Positions 26,481-35,814 of a stretch of 64,000 nt of DNA are shown here, in pieces (positions within the stretch are counted from its first letter, which is position 1; every line of letters begins with the position of its first letter). A program made the position numbers and the translations under genes. The notes beneath the pieces were generated by a model. That model was not told the DNA's origin. It saw only the letters and a list, made by a program, of their open reading frames with translations, and did no database searches. This stretch comes from an uncultured Bacteroidia bacterium (GTDB lineage: Bacteria; Bacteroidota; Bacteroidia; Bacteroidales; F082), in assembly GCA_902767725.1 (NCBI GenBank), contig CACXIM010000001.1:15443-79442 (forward strand). Reading direction: 5' to 3'.

Positions 26481-27584
26481 TTACTTGAAGCGCCATTGGT
26501 AATCGGGATTGTCTTTCATGATGGTCAAACTCTCAGGATAGGTCTCAATGAACCATGTGAGGAACTGGGCATAATCAATTTTCTCGGAAAGCATCTTTTG
26601 GCGACGGGACTGCCATTCTTCCTTAAGATTAGGCATGGTGAGCAAGTCCTGTACGATCGTGTACATTTTGTCTGCCGATCCTTCCTCTGATGCTTTAATA
26701 CCATAACCCAGATGATATTCATTCTCCAATTCATTGAGATATCCGATTCGGCCCACAAAATCATTATACCTTACAAAGGGAATACCCAATACGCCTGCTT
26801 CGGCAGCCATAGTCTGGCTGTCACCGATATACAACGATGAGAACGCCATCACATGATGCATATCAAGCGTCTTAATTGGAATGCGATAGGGCTCAAACTG
26901 GGGTTCAAGTTCCCTTTCAGAGGTGATATAAATGCGACCATGAGGTTTCAAAATATCTATGAGCTTTTGGGCAATGTCAGCATTAATACCCTTGATACCA
27001 CTATCGTGATAGGCGTTCAGGCTCGAAAAACGGAGAATGAAATATGGTGTTTCCGCAGAAAAATACTTTTCCACGATCTCTTTTTGAGCAGTGAAATGAT
27101 GTGGATGCAGATAAGCCAATTCGTGATACGATTCATACTTCACCGAAAAGGGTTCCAAACTATAGTTATTGCATACACGTGGCGACAAGATAGTTCCCAT
27201 AAACGGCCCTGCCATTTTGGGGAATAGCGGCACAACATTCATATCATCTTCGCCCGTATTCACACGATACCTTCTAGTCAGCCAACCCACTTGGGCAACC
27301 TCCACGGTAGAACCCGTAAGCAAATCTATCTTATTCTTCTTAACGAATCGCAACAATCTCCAATCCCTCACAAGCATATCCCACAAAATGCCCAACTTGC
27401 TTTTGCGATGGGCCTCCTTCAAGATATTGTAATATGGCAATCCCGCCTGCTTCAGCAAATCCTCTAGAATATCCTTGGTCTTAATTAAAATGAAGACCTC
27501 ATGGCCGTCATCAATGAGATTCTTGGTCACCACCTTATAGAGATGAAAATGAGCGGGATGACTTAATTGAATTAATATTCTCAT
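26481..27584 (-). CDS. DUF354-like protein (predicted GT-B/epimerase-fold enzyme)
   Basis: The N-terminus MRILIQLSHPAHFHLYK... resembles the DUF354 signature (I.I.HPAH.H.FK). The call is by resemblance only. Confidence 0.55.
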   Translation of the reverse strand: MRILIQLSHPAHFHLYKVVTKNLIDDGHEVFILIKTKDILEDLLKQAGLPYYNILKEAHRKSKLGILWDMLVRDWRLLRFVKKNKIDLLTGSTVEVAQVGWLTRRYRVNTGEDDMNVVPLFPKMAGPFMGTILSPRVCNNYSLEPFSVKYESYHELAYLHPHHFTAQKEIVEKYFSAETPYFILRFSSLNAYHDSGIKGINADIAQKLIDILKPHGRIYITSERELEPQFEPYRIPIKTLDMHHVMAFSSLYIGDSQTMAAEAGVLGIPFVRYNDFVGRIGYLNELENEYHLGYGIKASEEGSADKMYTIVQDLLTMPNLKEEWQSRRQKMLSEKIDYAQFLTWFIETYPESLTIMKDNPDYQWRFK

Positions 27585-27985
27585 GGCAATTTCACTAATG
27601 CTGTTCCTTCGATCAAAACCTGCTGATTGGCATCTAAGCAGACAGTTTCCAACAAGACCCTATGCTTCTCAGGGTATAGTTCTTTTACGAGAACCCTTGC
27701 TGTTACTTCCTCGCCAGGGAACACTGGCTTACGGAAGCTCATATTCTGATTCAAATAAATGGAACCAAAACCAGGGAACCTAGTTCCGATAATCGCACTA
27801 AATAGCGAAGCCGTCAAAAATCCAGGAACAATCAATTGTCCAAATTGGGTGTTTTTGGCAAATTCTTCATCTGTATGAAGAGGGTTTGTATCGTATGACA
27901 ACTTGGCAAAGTCCATCACTTCCTGTTGTGTGAAGACTCTATGCATCTCATGGGATTGCCCAATAATCAATTCATCAAATCTCAT
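27581..27985 (-). CDS. MaoC-like (R)-specific enoyl-CoA/ACP hydratase, hotdog fold
   Basis: 134 aa with YDTNPLHTDEEFAKNTQFGQLIVPG, a MaoC dehydratase motif. Its stop overlaps the next ATG (ATGA at 27581-27584). Confidence 0.8.
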   Translation of the reverse strand: MRFDELIIGQSHEMHRVFTQQEVMDFAKLSYDTNPLHTDEEFAKNTQFGQLIVPGFLTASLFSAIIGTRFPGFGSIYLNQNMSFRKPVFPGEEVTARVLVKELYPEKHRVLLETVCLDANQQVLIEGTALVKLP

Positions 27986-28608
27986 TAGATTCCGTATTTT
28001 TCTTTTCTTTCATTAAGGATGCGTTCAAATTCCTCAGGTGAATAATTCTCTTTCAACTTTTCAGAAAGGTCTTTAATGAACTTGGCGGGAATACCACCAC
28101 AGAATGTCAACGGTGGAACATCTTTATTCACAAGACTATTAGAAGCCACAATGGCACCTTCACCTATTTCCACTCCAGGCAAGATGGTCACATTCACAGC
28201 CACCCAAGCGTTTTTATGAACAGTAACTGGGGCAATGTAAGAATCACTGCAATTTCGATGGTATTCCAAAGGTTTATTATGGGTCAAAATGGTGATACTG
28301 CCAGCGAGTGACACGCCATCTTCCACGGTAATGAAATAAGGATAGGGCAAATCCATGTTGACGTATGTACCCACATGCACATTCTTTCCTATCTTCACCC
28401 CACGCCATCTTTGCATTTTGATGCGCGCTTTGTTCCAAGGGAAAGTCTGTGCCCAAACATTGAGCATGTGATCCTTCCATCGCACAAAGCCAAACACCAA
28501 TGCCGACTTATAGCCATGTTCCTTCGCTGAAAGCCGCATGGTCTTCCATAGCCCATTGGCTTCATAATTCGGAACAGGTTGTTTCTTCAATTCAAGATAT
28601 GCTTTCAT
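27985..28608 (-). CDS. Hexapeptide-repeat (LbH) acyltransferase
   Basis: Hexapeptide repeats VGTYVNMDL...VEDGVSLAGSITIL...NAWVAVNVTILPGVEIGEGAIVASNSLV. It shares 1 nt (TAATG) with the maoC-like start. Confidence 0.8.
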   Translation of the reverse strand: MKAYLELKKQPVPNYEANGLWKTMRLSAKEHGYKSALVFGFVRWKDHMLNVWAQTFPWNKARIKMQRWRGVKIGKNVHVGTYVNMDLPYPYFITVEDGVSLAGSITILTHNKPLEYHRNCSDSYIAPVTVHKNAWVAVNVTILPGVEIGEGAIVASNSLVNKDVPPLTFCGGIPAKFIKDLSEKLKENYSPEEFERILNERKEKYGI

Positions 28609-28611
28609 ATT

Positions 28612-29538
28612 CTATGATTTCAATACTCTATTATATAAACTCATCAGTTTCTCTACTATTTGGACATTGTCAAGTCCATCAGCTATGATCTTCTCCCTAC
28701 CGCAAGTCTTATCTTGAAAAGCGAACGCCTTTTTCAATAATGCTGTCAACTCTTGAGGCTCTCGTGTCGTTGACACATAACAGCCTTCTATACCCACAAC
28801 TCGTTCTTTCACATCTCCCACATCCACGCTCACGATGGGACAACCGCATGCCAACGCTTCCTTAATCACTTGAGGTGATCCTTCAGTAAACGAAGTCATC
28901 AAAAAAGCATCAGCGGCACACATGAGCAAGGTGACTTCGTCTCGAGAATAGCCCTTTAGTTCCAACAACTCCACTTGGTCGTCTTGCAGCAAATCGACAG
29001 ACTCCTTGGCCAAAAATGCATTTTTCACCACATTATCAAAAGCCCCAGCAAACAAGACAAATTTCTTATCAAGATCTAAATCCATGCGTCTTCTCGCCTC
29101 CTCTTTTGATGTCAGTTGCAAATCTGACAAATCAATACCACAAGGGATAAGTGAATACTTGCTTTTAGGTTTGGCAATCGCCAAAGTCTTCTGCGAAACA
29201 AAGATATTCCATGCCGAAAGCCTCATGGCCACCTTGGAAAAGCGCAAGGCCTTATTATCGTTGATATCAGAGCCGTGATAGGTGGTCACAACAGGAATCC
29301 GACGCTGCAAATTGGCCATAAGCCCTGACAGACCATAATGCGCATGGACAACATCTGGTTGAAACGCTTTGATTTCCTTTTTCAACAATGGCAGGTTCTT
29401 TATATAGCCCTTTACTCCTTTGCCTTGTAGGCCAAAAAACCGAACATTGCAGTCCTGCTTTTCAAACGCCCTAGCCTGCTCCACAATAAAAGGGGAGAAA
29501 CGTCCTTTGTTGTATGATGCGACAACGAGAACTTTCAT
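28612..29538 (-). CDS. GT4-family glycosyltransferase
   Basis: MKVLVVASYN... N-terminus. GT-B C-terminal region with FLMTSFTEGSPQVIKEALACGCPIV (E-x7-E-like). Confidence 0.8.
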   Translation of the reverse strand: MKVLVVASYNKGRFSPFIVEQARAFEKQDCNVRFFGLQGKGVKGYIKNLPLLKKEIKAFQPDVVHAHYGLSGLMANLQRRIPVVTTYHGSDINDNKALRFSKVAMRLSAWNIFVSQKTLAIAKPKSKYSLIPCGIDLSDLQLTSKEEARRRMDLDLDKKFVLFAGAFDNVVKNAFLAKESVDLLQDDQVELLELKGYSRDEVTLLMCAADAFLMTSFTEGSPQVIKEALACGCPIVSVDVGDVKERVVGIEGCYVSTTREPQELTALLKKAFAFQDKTCGREKIIADGLDNVQIVEKLMSLYNRVLKS

Positions 29539-30938
29539 TACACCAAACCTCTACCAGCCAGTTTAATCCACGCCCATCCAATGACAGCTGCACAAATCAC
29601 TACAAGCCAAATCCCAAACCATCGCTTATGCTTGTTTTTCATCAACGAGATACCGTATGCAGCAAACATCAACTCAAGAGCCAACACGGGAAAATGGAAT
29701 CGTTCGGATTGGGCAAAATTACTGAACACCAAGACCACCAAATAGCCACATGTCAAAGCAATCGGCAAGACATGTTTTCGCCATTCTCCACTAAGCAAGA
29801 GAGTGAATAAAGCAAAAATCACAAACCCCGACATGATATTTTTATTGAAATTGGCCCCGTTCAGCATCATCTGGTTTTCTTGATTTTTAATAGCCACCAT
29901 AGATGAGAATGGAATGGAAAATATGGCAGGTGCAAACAAAGTAGCTGAGGCATATTTGGCAAACGCATTGCCACCTTCACGTTGTGAACGCCATTCCATG
30001 CCCTCTGCTTGGTTGGTAGTTCGGCCCTCCCACAACTGCTGTGTTTCCTGAACAATTTCCACACCTATAGTTAGGAACATCCATATTGCAAAGACCGAAC
30101 TATACATTATCTTTTTCCAAACTTGAAGTTGTTTGGATGAAGTGAAAATCAGGCCAGCAGCTAACGAAGCAAACATCACACCTCCTAACGCGGTTCGGAA
30201 AGAAAACATCAGCAGAATACATACTACAGGGATGATGATATCGACGACTTTAATCTTTGGAGAGCGCAATACCAAGTCGGACCGTTCGGCAAAAAGGATG
30301 ACCAAAAAAGCCATTTCCGTCTCTTTCAGTGTCACGCCACAATAATACCACATATTGGGCATCAACATGCAAAAGATGGCTGCCATACGGCCAACATGCT
30401 CGCCAAAACTACGTTTTGCCAAATTGTAGATTAATATACAAGAAAACGCATCAATAACACATTTTACCAGACGAGCCGTCAAAACATGGGTCCCCAATAA
30501 CAAGTATTCAAACCCTAACCACCAAGAATAACCAGAATCTGACAACGGCATCCAACCCATCTCGAATTTCATTCTATCAAAGCCATAATTTCTCCACACC
30601 TCCCCTAATGCCTGATAAGCGCCTTCATCACCCTTATGGTATGCATGGGGCTCGCCCGTCATTTCGATATAATAGAAATAAATAAACACCACATACACCA
30701 CCCGGATTATTAGAGAAATAAAGAATAGTTTTTTATAAAATGTCTCTGGCTTGTAACGTCGCCAATCCATACTCAACTTATTAGAAAATACAAAAAACGC
30801 CGTCACCGCCACAATGCCAAACAACATGAATTGGAAAGGCATCACATAATTGACATAAACGATGCTCACCAAAGCCAAAGTAATCAGATAACAATATATG
30901 GCCCTTGACGAGAAATATTTAGGGAAATAGTCCAACAT
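29538..30938 (-). CDS. Polytopic inner-membrane protein; candidate GT-C-type (ArnT/PMT-like) glycosyltransferase or polymerase
   Basis: 466 aa with at least 10 hydrophobic helices. An early loop with HKGDEGAYQALGEVW is reminiscent of the acidic first periplasmic loop of GT-C enzymes. No confident family match by eye. Confidence 0.35.
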   Translation of the reverse strand: MLDYFPKYFSSRAIYCYLITLALVSIVYVNYVMPFQFMLFGIVAVTAFFVFSNKLSMDWRRYKPETFYKKLFFISLIIRVVYVVFIYFYYIEMTGEPHAYHKGDEGAYQALGEVWRNYGFDRMKFEMGWMPLSDSGYSWWLGFEYLLLGTHVLTARLVKCVIDAFSCILIYNLAKRSFGEHVGRMAAIFCMLMPNMWYYCGVTLKETEMAFLVILFAERSDLVLRSPKIKVVDIIIPVVCILLMFSFRTALGGVMFASLAAGLIFTSSKQLQVWKKIMYSSVFAIWMFLTIGVEIVQETQQLWEGRTTNQAEGMEWRSQREGGNAFAKYASATLFAPAIFSIPFSSMVAIKNQENQMMLNGANFNKNIMSGFVIFALFTLLLSGEWRKHVLPIALTCGYLVVLVFSNFAQSERFHFPVLALELMFAAYGISLMKNKHKRWFGIWLVVICAAVIGWAWIKLAGRGLV

Positions 30939-30950
30939 AATTATCTTCTT

Positions 30951-31670
30951 TTATCCAAATAATTTTCTTTTTAACTTAATAAGTCGAATCATAATCTTCG
31001 GTCCCACAAGATGCCCTATCACCAATTTCCAACCACGGTTCCGTTCCGTCCAAGAATCCAATCCTTTATGTTCACAATAAGTGTTTTCAGTTCTGCAATA
31101 CTCGCCTGTGGTTTGTTGAGGACAAAAATAATCCACTGGAAAAACATGAAGATCTTTATAATCCTGTTCTTTCCCATTTTGCAAAAAACCCTGCTCACTC
31201 ATTTTTGATGTGACATATCGCACATTTGTTGTCAAATCCGGGCTCCCATCTTCTTTATAAAAATGACGATTCTGATAATGACCGAGTTGCTCTTTTACCC
31301 AAGTGCCGTGAGGTTCACTGGCTATCACGCCCATCATCACTGGCAAATGCTTACTTCCTTCGAAACCAGCGAAAGCATGGTAATGCAACAAATCATCAAA
31401 AGGTTTATACACCTCAAAATCCACATCCATATATAAACCGCCTTCACGTTCCAAAGCCCAAAGTCTGACATAGTCACTCACAAAAGCGTATTTGCCAGCT
31501 TTGTATGCCTCTTTGGTGTATGGGATTTTATTTACATCAAAGTTAGCTTCGCTCCACAGCTTGTATTCCCATTCAGGCATATATTTGTGCCAACTGGCAA
31601 TACAATCCTTCGCCAACTGAGGCATCTCGCCATGACCAAACCAACAATAATGTATCTTTTTAGGAATCAT
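30951..31670 (-). CDS. GT32-like glycosyltransferase (Gly_transf_sug, DXD)
   Basis: MIPKKIHYCWFGHGEMP... with SDYVRLWAL and YMDVDFEV (DXD). Paralogous N-terminus to the protein at 36793-37581. Confidence 0.7.
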   Translation of the reverse strand: MIPKKIHYCWFGHGEMPQLAKDCIASWHKYMPEWEYKLWSEANFDVNKIPYTKEAYKAGKYAFVSDYVRLWALEREGGLYMDVDFEVYKPFDDLLHYHAFAGFEGSKHLPVMMGVIASEPHGTWVKEQLGHYQNRHFYKEDGSPDLTTNVRYVTSKMSEQGFLQNGKEQDYKDLHVFPVDYFCPQQTTGEYCRTENTYCEHKGLDSWTERNRGWKLVIGHLVGPKIMIRLIKLKRKLFG

Positions 31671-31671
31671 A

Positions 31672-32622
31672 TTAAATCATCTTGCTTTTCACCCATGAAC
31701 CTAACTTCCGCAACGCATACTCTATCTTCAACAAAAACACGGGGCGCTCATAACGTTTCCTAATCTTATTAGGTTGCCTATCCCAGTCCACTTTATCCAA
31801 CTCTTTTCTCGCTGCTTCATGATATTGCTTCGAAAGATAGTAAGGCAGCAGGCTAAAAGTACGCAGACCATCAACCAATTGTTTATAGTCGGCATCTGTT
31901 TTTTCAAGCGGTTCCAAATCCGTCAAATTCCAAAGCATGTGCTCTTCTGGCTTATGCAACCGTCCTACTCCCCTATGTACCACATCCACATCCTGATTGT
32001 AGAATGACAAAGGCTTATTCAAAAACGCCACCTTGTATTTCAAAGCAACATGAATCCACAGCAGAAAGTCTTCACCCAGTTTAATCCCTTTCGGGAAACC
32101 GCCCATTTCGTCAAAGACCTGCCTTGGCATACAGACCGCACCAGTCCATAAAGGCATAGCCAAAGTCTTAGCATACACTTGGCAATAATTGATATAACCT
32201 TTTTCAAAGCTCGTTTCTAACCCGATTGGTGCCACCCTGGTTTTATGCTTAGTCTCATTTACAATCGTATAACCAGTTCCGTATATACCAGCTTCAGGAC
32301 AATCCTCTATGAACTTAGTCATCTCCTCTAAGAAAGTCTCCTCCCACCAATCGTCGGCATCAAGGAAACAAAGATAGTCTCCATGAGATGCTGCAATGCC
32401 ATTGTTACGTGCCATACTAACTCCAGCATTTTCCTGCTGAATCAAATGGCAATTGTCATGTCCTATGATCATTTGTGATGCAATTGCAGCAGACTCATCA
32501 CTACTACCATCATCTACAATAACCAATTCATAGTCGGTATAGGTTTGAGCCAACACACTGCCAACGGCTTTCGCCACGTAGGGAGCCTTGTTGTAGAGCG
32601 GGATGATGACGGAGAACCTCAT
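31672..32622 (-). CDS. GT2-family glycosyltransferase
   Basis: MRFSVIIPLYNKAPYV...VIVDDGSSDES...FLDADD, the classical GT2 pattern. Confidence 0.85.
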   Translation of the reverse strand: MRFSVIIPLYNKAPYVAKAVGSVLAQTYTDYELVIVDDGSSDESAAIASQMIIGHDNCHLIQQENAGVSMARNNGIAASHGDYLCFLDADDWWEETFLEEMTKFIEDCPEAGIYGTGYTIVNETKHKTRVAPIGLETSFEKGYINYCQVYAKTLAMPLWTGAVCMPRQVFDEMGGFPKGIKLGEDFLLWIHVALKYKVAFLNKPLSFYNQDVDVVHRGVGRLHKPEEHMLWNLTDLEPLEKTDADYKQLVDGLRTFSLLPYYLSKQYHEAARKELDKVDWDRQPNKIRKRYERPVFLLKIEYALRKLGSWVKSKMI

Positions 32623-32623
32623 A

Positions 32624-33052
32624 TTATTCAGCTCTCTTCAAGCGATACATCATTATTTCGATCTTATCGCCATCAACTACCTTGACCTCTTCCCAGGGAC
32701 CAACCTTTTCGCCAAGCACTTCGCCTTCTGCACCCGTGTCAGCAAGGATCTTTCCATCGTCCTCTTTCCAATGTTTTTGATCCATCTGCATCATGCCGTC
32801 TTTCAGCTTTAATCGGCCTGAAGCTAACGCAGCATCAATTTCGGCTTGGCTAACACCTTCCGGCAAGGGGCACAGAAAGTCGATTGTTCCATCTTCCTGA
32901 AAGATCACCACGGTATTCAAAAGCATAATCGTTTCCTTGTCCTGGTCTTCTTTGGCAAGAATGGTTTCAATGCCGGTCCATTCCATTTGGCATTTCTCGT
33001 CATTGAATTGCATAGCCTCTGCCACTCTCCATTTGCCTATCAAGTATGTCAT
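32624..33052 (-). CDS. Small acidic cytoplasmic protein of unknown function
   Basis: 142 aa with no signal peptide or TM helix. Starts MTYLIGKWRV and is rich in Glu/Asp. Tightly packed between two glycosyltransferase genes (1-nt and 28-nt gaps). Confidence 0.5.
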   Translation of the reverse strand: MTYLIGKWRVAEAMQFNDEKCQMEWTGIETILAKEDQDKETIMLLNTVVIFQEDGTIDFLCPLPEGVSQAEIDAALASGRLKLKDGMMQMDQKHWKEDDGKILADTGAEGEVLGEKVGPWEEVKVVDGDKIEIMMYRLKRAE

Positions 33053-33080
33053 AGTATTCTTTCTTTAATGTTACTAAACG

Positions 33081-34085
33081 TTAATATAATCGTATCAGAA
33101 TTTTATCAAACAATTTGATAATCCTATTATCTGCCTTGTTTTGCGTTTTCTTCAAATAAGAATGCAACAAACGATATTTCAAAGGAATCTTAGGATTAAC
33201 ACCCGCTTTTTTCAGATAAGGATTATCCCAAATGCAGAGTTTTAAAAACTTTTCAGTTCCTTCTCTCCGAAAAACCTGAACCATCTCATCCACGTAATGC
33301 TTCCCATAATCTGAAGACCGTACCAAATATGAATAATCCTTACCATCGCCAACACAACAAAGTTTAACGGGGTTTTCGAGATGCGAAAGTTGATCTGGAT
33401 AATATTTATTATAACCACGATACATATTTATAGGATTCGCCTTCTCCTGATTCTTATCCACCCATGTAACCTGATAGAAGTCGTACTTTTGTCTTATCTT
33501 TTGGTGGTTCAGTTTTGCTAAATGCACCACCCAAAAATCATCAACATTGATATATTGACAAACACCAGTCTCCAGACAAGGTACTCGAGAACAATGAACA
33601 GCATGTCTTTCCCTCTTTTTATACTCTTCCACAAAATCCGTTGATTCATCAAAATGAGCCGCCCATTCAAAATGCATTTTGGTATATTCCACCGTATTGA
33701 AATTATCAAACAAATTCAACCAATTGAAACAAAAAATAGTATTTCCCTTTGCGTTGACAATGTTCTGCCAACTTGCTGTTTTTTCAAATCCTTCAGATAG
33801 GAATTCATCAGCGTCCAACCCAAAAATAACCTTGTCTCCTGGTATTTTAGCAGCTTCTTCAAGGAGTTTGGTCCTACAAATATATTCATACCATTCTTGG
33901 GTTGGATTGTCGATTAGAATGACTTTCTCGTATTTTTGTGCGATTTCCCTTGTGCCATCATCACTATGTTGGTCAGCCAAAATGATATAATCCGCCCAAG
34001 AAGAAGTGCAAGTCAAAAAAGCGTCAAGCACCCATGCCTCATTACGCACAGGAGTGATCACGATGATAGTCGGTCTTTTGTTCAT
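33081..34085 (-). CDS. GT-A fold glycosyltransferase (GT2-related)
   Basis: TIIVITPVRNEAWVL...ILADQHSDDGT...GLDADEF (DXD). Confidence 0.65.
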   Translation of the reverse strand: MNKRPTIIVITPVRNEAWVLDAFLTCTSSWADYIILADQHSDDGTREIAQKYEKVILIDNPTQEWYEYICRTKLLEEAAKIPGDKVIFGLDADEFLSEGFEKTASWQNIVNAKGNTIFCFNWLNLFDNFNTVEYTKMHFEWAAHFDESTDFVEEYKKRERHAVHCSRVPCLETGVCQYINVDDFWVVHLAKLNHQKIRQKYDFYQVTWVDKNQEKANPINMYRGYNKYYPDQLSHLENPVKLCCVGDGKDYSYLVRSSDYGKHYVDEMVQVFRREGTEKFLKLCIWDNPYLKKAGVNPKIPLKYRLLHSYLKKTQNKADNRIIKLFDKILIRLY

Positions 34086-34087
34086 GT

Positions 34088-34990
34088 TTATTTAAACCTG
34101 TTTTTCCAATAATTCACCCGATGTCTAAGTTTGGTCCCGCTCACCTTCCGATACATACACCAATCGCAAAGGCGTTTCAATTCTTGTCGATCCGTTCCTC
34201 CAACATTGGAGAATACCTTTTGATAATGATGCGTAATGGCGCGAAACACTGTTGTTTTATTATAGTCAACTCTAGTTGTGAAGAAAGCGGCCAACCGATT
34301 CGCGACGATTAACAAATCCTTTTTCCTCGCCAATGAAACCTCCTGCATTTTGCTCCCTTGACGGATTCTATACACATACAAAGCATCTGAAATCACACTA
34401 ATGGCCTTCGCTTTATAAAGTGTCAAAGGCACCCATAAATTATCTTCATATGAAACATCATCAGCAAAAAACAGATGATTCTCAATCAAAAAATACCTTT
34501 GATATGTTCTCAAAACTACACAAACAAAGGCAAAATCACGATTCGCCAACGCGTTTTCATTATAATAATCCATGCCTGATGCATACTGTTTTTCTATCAG
34601 CTGATCTGCGGGATGATACTGCCTCGTCTCTTCAAAGTAGCGTCGACCACTAAAACAAAGTATTTCTTCCCCTTTTAAGTGATCCGCCAGTGTCTGCAAA
34701 GCATTCAATTCCAACCAATCATCACCATCCAGAAAAACAATATACTCACCTTTTGCCGCTCGCAAACCAACATTACGTGCTGTTGACGTGCCTCCATTAG
34801 CTTTAGAGACATAATGAATTCTTGCATCTTTTTGGGCATACGCTTCAAGAATCAACTCAGAATGATCAGTAGAACCATCATTCACACAAATGGCTTCCCA
34901 ATCTGAAAATGTCTGATTGAGGACGCTGTCTAGACACTCACGCAGATAAGTCTCTACATTATAAACCGGTATAATGACGGAAAACTTCAT
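34088..34990 (-). CDS. GT2-family glycosyltransferase
   Basis: MKFSVIIPVYNVETYL...VNDGSTDHS...FLDGDD. Confidence 0.85.
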   Translation of the reverse strand: MKFSVIIPVYNVETYLRECLDSVLNQTFSDWEAICVNDGSTDHSELILEAYAQKDARIHYVSKANGGTSTARNVGLRAAKGEYIVFLDGDDWLELNALQTLADHLKGEEILCFSGRRYFEETRQYHPADQLIEKQYASGMDYYNENALANRDFAFVCVVLRTYQRYFLIENHLFFADDVSYEDNLWVPLTLYKAKAISVISDALYVYRIRQGSKMQEVSLARKKDLLIVANRLAAFFTTRVDYNKTTVFRAITHHYQKVFSNVGGTDRQELKRLCDWCMYRKVSGTKLRHRVNYWKNRFK

Positions 34991-35814
34991 TTCCTGTTCT
35001 TGCTCATTTTATATAAGCGCTTCGCCAGCAGTTTCTGGTCGAAAAATCCGTCACGCAGATTGGCGCAGAAAACGGGCCAAAGCTTCTTCGGAAAGGCTTC
35101 TCTTTTTTTGTCCGAAAGCGACGGCAAGGCTTCCTGCAGATAAGCCATCTGTACCTCGCGACTTTTGGCCGCGGTTTTATCGGTCTGCAAGGTGGCCTGT
35201 GCGTCATGGATGCGGTATTCATAGAGCACCTCGGGCAAATTGACCAGTTTCAGTCCCTTCAGCATAGCTCTCACCCACAAATCGTAATCCTCGGCGGGCA
35301 CCATCTCTTGACGGAAACGCAATCCCAGTTCCTCAAACGATTCCTTCTTCCAAACGCTAGAAGCATGAAGCACCGGCGAATGAAACAAAGCTTCAATTTT
35401 TATCTTCTCTGGATTCCGCTCCCGAACCCAAGTCGCTTCCTTGGCACCGAAAAGCCGCATACCCACCGAAACCAAGTCTACATCCGAGTGTTTCTCCAAA
35501 TAATCAACTTGGACTTGCAAGCGCTGAGGCAAAGATACGTCATCACTGTCCATTCGGGCGATGTACTTCCCTCGTGCCATCTCAATGCCGACATTCAACA
35601 CATTCGACAAGCCGACGTTCTTTTCTCCTTTATATCTCACAATTCTGGGATCGTCGTAGGTATCCAATATCTCCTCTGCATTGTCAGGCGAGCAGTCATT
35701 GAGCACAATCAGCTCAAAATCAGTGAAGTTTTGGGCCAGCATGCTGTCCATCGCCTCGCGGAGATAAGTGGCTGTATTGTATACAGGCATTATTATAGAA
35801 ACCAGCCGAGTCAT
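34987..35814 (-). CDS. GT2-family glycosyltransferase
   Basis: Start moved to ATG 35812-35814 (MTRLVSIIMPVYN), which overlaps the upstream stop as ATGA. Motifs LNDCSPDN and RMDSDD. Confidence 0.85.
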   Translation of the reverse strand: MTRLVSIIMPVYNTATYLREAMDSMLAQNFTDFELIVLNDCSPDNAEEILDTYDDPRIVRYKGEKNVGLSNVLNVGIEMARGKYIARMDSDDVSLPQRLQVQVDYLEKHSDVDLVSVGMRLFGAKEATWVRERNPEKIKIEALFHSPVLHASSVWKKESFEELGLRFRQEMVPAEDYDLWVRAMLKGLKLVNLPEVLYEYRIHDAQATLQTDKTAAKSREVQMAYLQEALPSLSDKKREAFPKKLWPVFCANLRDGFFDQKLLAKRLYKMSKNRK

